In this document: piece by piece, positions 59,444 to 64,000 of the stretch
Layout: each line of letters starts with the position of its first letter
How positions within the stretch are numbered: the stretch's first letter is position 1
DNA from: Pocillopora damicornis
Taxonomy: Eukaryota
Direction: 5' to 3'
NCBI RefSeq assembly: GCF_003704095.1
Contig: NW_020845410.1
Location: forward strand, 62,001-126,000
DNA: 64,000 nucleotides
The notes under the pieces: generated by a model
What the model was told of the DNA's origin: nothing
Seen by the model: the letters and a program-made list of their open reading frames with translations, nothing else
Database searches by the model: none
Program-made: the position numbers and the translations under genes

Positions 59444-62400
59444 TTATCTTTGAAAAGTGAAGAAGGCGTGAGCGTCTTTTTCTCCATCAGCGTGGTCTAC
59501 CGCCTGTAATGAAATGAAAAACATAAACACGCGCAGAAATGTCTCTTGTCACGCAAGTTTGAAACTCTCACTCGAGTGGTACTCTGGGAGGAAACTAAGC
59601 AAGCTATAGCTCTTCGCGATACGAGGAATTGGCGTGAGAGGGGATGGGAGACGGTGAATACTATTTGCATCTTGAAATGGAAGATGACTTTCTAATCAAG
59701 TGATAAAATTGCGCCTGTCTGTCTGCCAAGAGTCTGGCGTAGGTCTGTCTATCTAACTGCTCTGTGTTTTTCGCGCATATGTCTGTTAGTCTGCATAGAG
59801 TTTGACCCATGTATGTGTTTGGTAGCTTTTCTAGACTCTGACCCATGCCTTTCTGTCCGTCTGCATGGAGTTTGTTGTATGTCTCTCTGTCTATGTGTCC
59901 GTCCACCTTGCATAGATCGAATGTCTGTCTGTCTGTCCGTATACCCAAGGTCTGTTGAGTGTTGGTCTACCTTGAGTCTGTATGTCTAACTGACTGCATA
60001 ACTCTGTCTGTGTTTCAGTCTATGTATAGTCTGCTGTACATCTGGCTTCCGTTCTGTCTGTCCGTCAGTCCACACATCGTCTGAGGTATATCTGTCTGGC
60101 TGTCGGTCTGCCTGTGCGTCGGTCTGCCTTGAGTCTGCAGTCTTTTATCTTTTTGTCTTCCTGCTATTTTCTCAACATACCTTGCATTCAGCACTCACAG
60201 CCATTGAAGTTATCTTTTTCATGTATTCCTGCATTTGTTCCGGTTTAAGATCCAACATGAACCTACAAGCACACGGAAGGTGCACAGCATTACTTCTAAT
60301 ACATTGAAGTCACTCATAACTATAAAACTTTTGATGTAACATACTTACTTAGTTGTTTCAGCGATAATAACAGCTTCGTCAGAAAAAATTTCTTTCACCT
60401 CGGGTGTCAGTAAGTGTACCATACTGAAAGTAAAAATACACACACTAACTTATCGGAGTATGCGTAACCATACAAGATGGCGCACTTGTTACTTACAAGA
60501 GCCACGTCGCAGTTTCAGAACGTTGAAATGATATTTTGGCTAGAGTTTCAAATCTACTATTAACAATCCACTTCAATCTTCTCCAATCCTGAAATTCTAC
60601 ATTCTTCCTTGGTTCATTTTCGTCTATCCTACGTTTATCTCTCGCACACGGGGCCAATATTTAAAAGTATTTTACAAGTTTAAAATATTTTTTATGGCGT
60701 GAAAATTAGCCCATAATATTGAAACGTGACTCTTAGTTAATCCCGTGATCACATACCTGTTTGAAAAATAAATGACGTCAAATAGCTTGTTGTATTTGCT
60801 TTTCTTAGAGAGATCCGGAACACAATTCAGCGGCAGGAAAGTGACTTTGACATCAGGACACTCCATGTACCCTGTAAAATGGGAAGAAATATAAGTTACA
60901 GAGTTTTATAGGGGAGCAGGACTGGTGCAGAATATAGCCCTTGCCTCTCAACGCTTTTGCTTTGGTTCGATTTGCGAACCTGGCTCACATGGAGGTTGAG
61001 TCTGTTATCTGTTTTGCATTCCTGCTCAGTCGAAGTTTTTTCTCTGAATCCTTCAGTTTTCCTTCCCTCCATCACAAAATACAATCACTCCGAGTTCCTA
61101 GTCAACTGGACTACTGTTCCCGACTGAGTCAGGAGCAGTGGTCCCTTGCCTTTTGCGCTCGTCACCAGTAGCTTAGCAGGGTTTTTGCGAAACGCTCGGT
61201 GAGTATTCTAACTCGAAACAACCAAAACAAAAAGAACAGGAGGTCTGTAATAGGAAGTCCTGTAATTCACCTTGCGTCGCATGTACAGTTTCTTTTGGCG
61301 TATCTCCGTCTTTCGTATTTCCCATTTGATCCGATTCAATCTCTTCTTCCCCAATTTCCTGTAAAGTAGCCATCTCTTTCTTTCTTTCCTTTTCATCCTC
61401 AATTTTTGGCGGGATATATTTTTCTCCTGTTAATATTTCATGCATGAGAGCCGTGATGTTGTATTCAGAGACGTTTGTTGCTGTCTGATACAAAAACAAA
61501 ACAGTTAGAAACATAGCATGCTGAGTTTCCCAAAGTATGGGTCTTTTCGGGTCATCACAGAGGTCAAAATTTAGGTAAATTTGCCTCTTTTTTTTTCATA
61601 TTCAACGCTTTCCAGATTGCTATTCGTTGCAGGATGCAGAAAGCTTGTCGCATATGATGCAGTTCATGTCCGAAGTCACCATCAAGTTCTCTAATCTCAG
61701 TGGTAGGGCGAAAGGATGCGAAATCCGAAGGTCCGACCTACTATTAGCCACGTTTATGAAGATGGCAATGCAACAATGACGGTGCACTAAATCATACCGA
61801 GCAAACCAAGGTGCGGTAAGATCAGGTAACTTTAATCTGAGTGCCTATTAAGTAATCTGGTATTATATAAGTTTTAATCTACTTCGCTCTGTGATTGGCT
61901 AGGAAAACTCACTAACCAATTAGATGCAAACTAAAACCAATCGCGACTTGGTCACCCACGTTTTCCCGCGCTTTAGGCGGTGACCTTGTTTTAACTTTGA
62001 GTTCTCATCGGTTCTTTGCGAAATCTCTCTTAGACCGTTGTAATTACTTCAGGTTTGGTTTTACGACACTCAGTCGAAACGTTTTCTATCGACACGTAAC
62101 CATTCAACCTCATCGCCTGACCGTTACAAGCCGAAGAGTCACACTCTACAATTGATATTGAAGAACACAGACGTTTTTGACACGCGGTAAATGAACCAAA
62201 GTTCGAGGAAACTTCAACCCTAAGCAAAATCAAACATCATCTACATAGATTTTAGCGTCTTCAACTAAACTGACCGAGAAAAGAATTCGCAACCTTCGGC
62301 TGTTTACCGGGTCTGCGCGACAACCCCGAAAGGTCCTGTGGGTAGTTTTCAGGTCACGATTCCTTGACCTCAGGATTTCAAGAAAATCTGAGAAAACGTC

Positions 62401-63255
62401 TCTGTAAAGCCACGTAAAATGGGCACATAAATATAAGCGACCCAAGAAGTTCACTTACTCTAACATGCTGTCCATTCGACGTTTGAAAAAGAAATTCCTC
62501 TTCACTTTCAGTACCAAAAGCTAAATATGGACTGTTGATTATGTCTCCCCAGTAACCTCTGCGAGCAACTCTCTCTCCATCCTGACACACGAAGAAAGAA
62601 AGTAGCATTTTATATATAATAAGCTGAATTATACACAAATGAATAAAGGGGGTAAGTTTCTAAAGAAATTGTGGTGCTGCGTCGGTGGGCGAGTATAACA
62701 GGTAATTTAGTGTTAACAACTGAGTTGAAAACGTAAATTGACACCGTAAAGAGTTTGAAGGCTGACGTTTCGAGCGTTAGCCCTTCGTCAGAGCGATTAG
62801 AGGAATTGTGGGTTGTGTGTGGGTTTTTTTGGCGCAGAAAATGGAACTATGTTATTGGTGGGAATATAGTGATGAGAAAACAAGAATAAATTAGTTGAAT
62901 TAAAAGTGCTTTAAATTTTTAAATTACCATGAATTATGCACACATTTTCATTGGCTATTATTCATGACTATCGGAGGTAAGACGCTTGGATGACGTCACT
63001 ATTAACAACACTTACCATTTTATCATATAAAGGAAACCGACTCTATGTTGCTGTGGGTCTGTTTAACAAATGGATTTCATGACAGAAGACGTCAAAATAT
63101 ATGGCTCGTGTTCCACTTTTTTTAAATACCTTTTTAATGATGATACCAGAAGCCAAAGTCCTGTTGATAACTTCATAAGTGGAGTCACTTCGTAACTCAA
63201 ACGCTACGCCCTGTTCCCGCCAACTCTTGTACTCACGTCTATTGATAATTGATGC
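59444..63255 (-). CDS. DNAAF3: Dynein axonemal assembly factor 3 (PF22), 3' part; 5' exons lie beyond the right edge
   Basis: Exons 63130-63255, 62459-62581, 61271-61484, 60757-60871, 60349-60423, 60181-60262, 59444-59503 give ASIINRREYKSWREQGVAFELRSDSTYEVINRTLASG...DGERVARRGYWGDIINSPYLAFGTESE...TSNGQHVRTATNVSEYNI...VTFLPL...KYNKLFDVIYFSNSMVHLLTP...ETTKFMLDL...FFTFQR*. These are characteristic DNAAF3 motifs. Confidence 0.92.
59715..60140. repeat. Degenerate (GTCT/CAGA)n microsatellite-like tract in the last DNAAF3 intron
   Basis: Dense gtctgtct/ctgtctgtcc motifs. A similar short tract lies at 1-55. Confidence 0.7.
62637..62910 (-). mobile_element. Penelope-like element 3' end / solo pseudo-LTR in a DNAAF3 intron
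   Basis: Matches 6314-6476 directly and the reverse complement of 7010-7204, including the last codons of the GIY-YIG ORF. Confidence 0.85.
62761..62795 (-). ncRNA. Minimal hammerhead ribozyme motif (Penelope type), sense to the DNAAF3 pre-mRNA
   Basis: Minus strand reads gct-CTGACGA-AGGGC-TAAC-GCTC-GAAA-CGTC-agc. Confidence 0.78.
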
Positions 63256-64000
63256 CTAAAAGCGATATAAAAGAAGCAATATATTTAGATGGCTCGCTCA
63301 CTTGAGAAATTATGAATTTCCCTTTTCCCCTTCCCGAGGAGTTAACTTGTTTTTACTTTGAGTTCCAATTGGGCCAGGTAAATTTTAAAATTTTTTCTGG
63401 TGAGTGATTATCTTGTTTATGGTTCCATTAAAAGTTCCATATCACGTGTACCAATGAGAACTCAGAGAAGAAACAAGCAAGTTGTCTGAAACGCGAGAAA
63501 ATGCAATTGACTTAGCTGCGATCGGTTTTAAGTTTTGAATCTGATTGGTTGTGAGAATGGCGCAAGTTGTCGGGACCAATTACGAGAAAAACAAAGTCAA
63601 AGCAATTTTGCTTGACGCAGAAGATGCCTCAAAAGTTAGCGACATCAGTTTTAGCCTCAAAGGCACTTCTGAAAATTCGACACATCCAGGTATTAAGCCA
63701 ATGGCACCAATGAATTGCACAGTCGAGCCAAACACACTTTCCTCTCATGGAAAGAGGAATTGTGCAGTGAAAGTAGTAACCACTAAATTGTCCCAGCTAG
63801 CAATGTCACTCAATTTACCTTTTTGGACAATTTCATACTGTAGTCCCAGTCATAAATATTCTCCCTAGAGTCATAGCGAACAGCAAGGTACTGCCTCAAC
63901 CTCTCATCCCTACACAAAAAAATCATTAAATAACATCAGATCATCATAAAATGCTGTGAGAGAAAGTACTATTGAAATAAATTATCCAGAGGATGGCAAA

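Noticed and set aside
59661-59948. 95-aa ORF with DRQT repeats
   Set aside because: Translation of the CAGA microsatellite tract in a DNAAF3 intron.

Overview
AT-rich, intron-containing animal genomic DNA. The repeat families suggest a cnidarian, probably a stony coral (inference only). Four protein-coding genes lie on the minus strand, assembled by hand from splice sites and reading-frame phase. (1) The 5' part of an SLC45/GPH-like MFS transporter running off the left edge (218-4282). (2) A p120/delta-catenin family gene (8041-41003, 32 coding exons, about 1914 aa) with the N-terminal coiled coil, armadillo repeats and C-terminal DSWV PDZ ligand. (3) An FSIP2-like gene (44709-58384, about 2397 aa) with a 5.4-kb exon. 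(4) The 3' part of DNAAF3 (59444 to beyond 63255). The main surprise is in the delta-catenin: six complete LOXHD1-type PLAT/LH2 domains are embedded in its N-terminal half as two three-domain cassettes. Each domain is a two-exon module with intron phases 1-0-1, in frame with the flanking catenin exons and skippable without frameshift (about 1177 aa without them). I know of no p120-family catenin with PLAT domains. Other points of note: a long array of AKAP-like amphipathic helices in the FSIP2-like exon, Penelope-like retroelement remnants carrying minimal hammerhead ribozymes, several MITE/SINE families, and a sharp CpG-depleted domain recorded by two copies of the same repeat.
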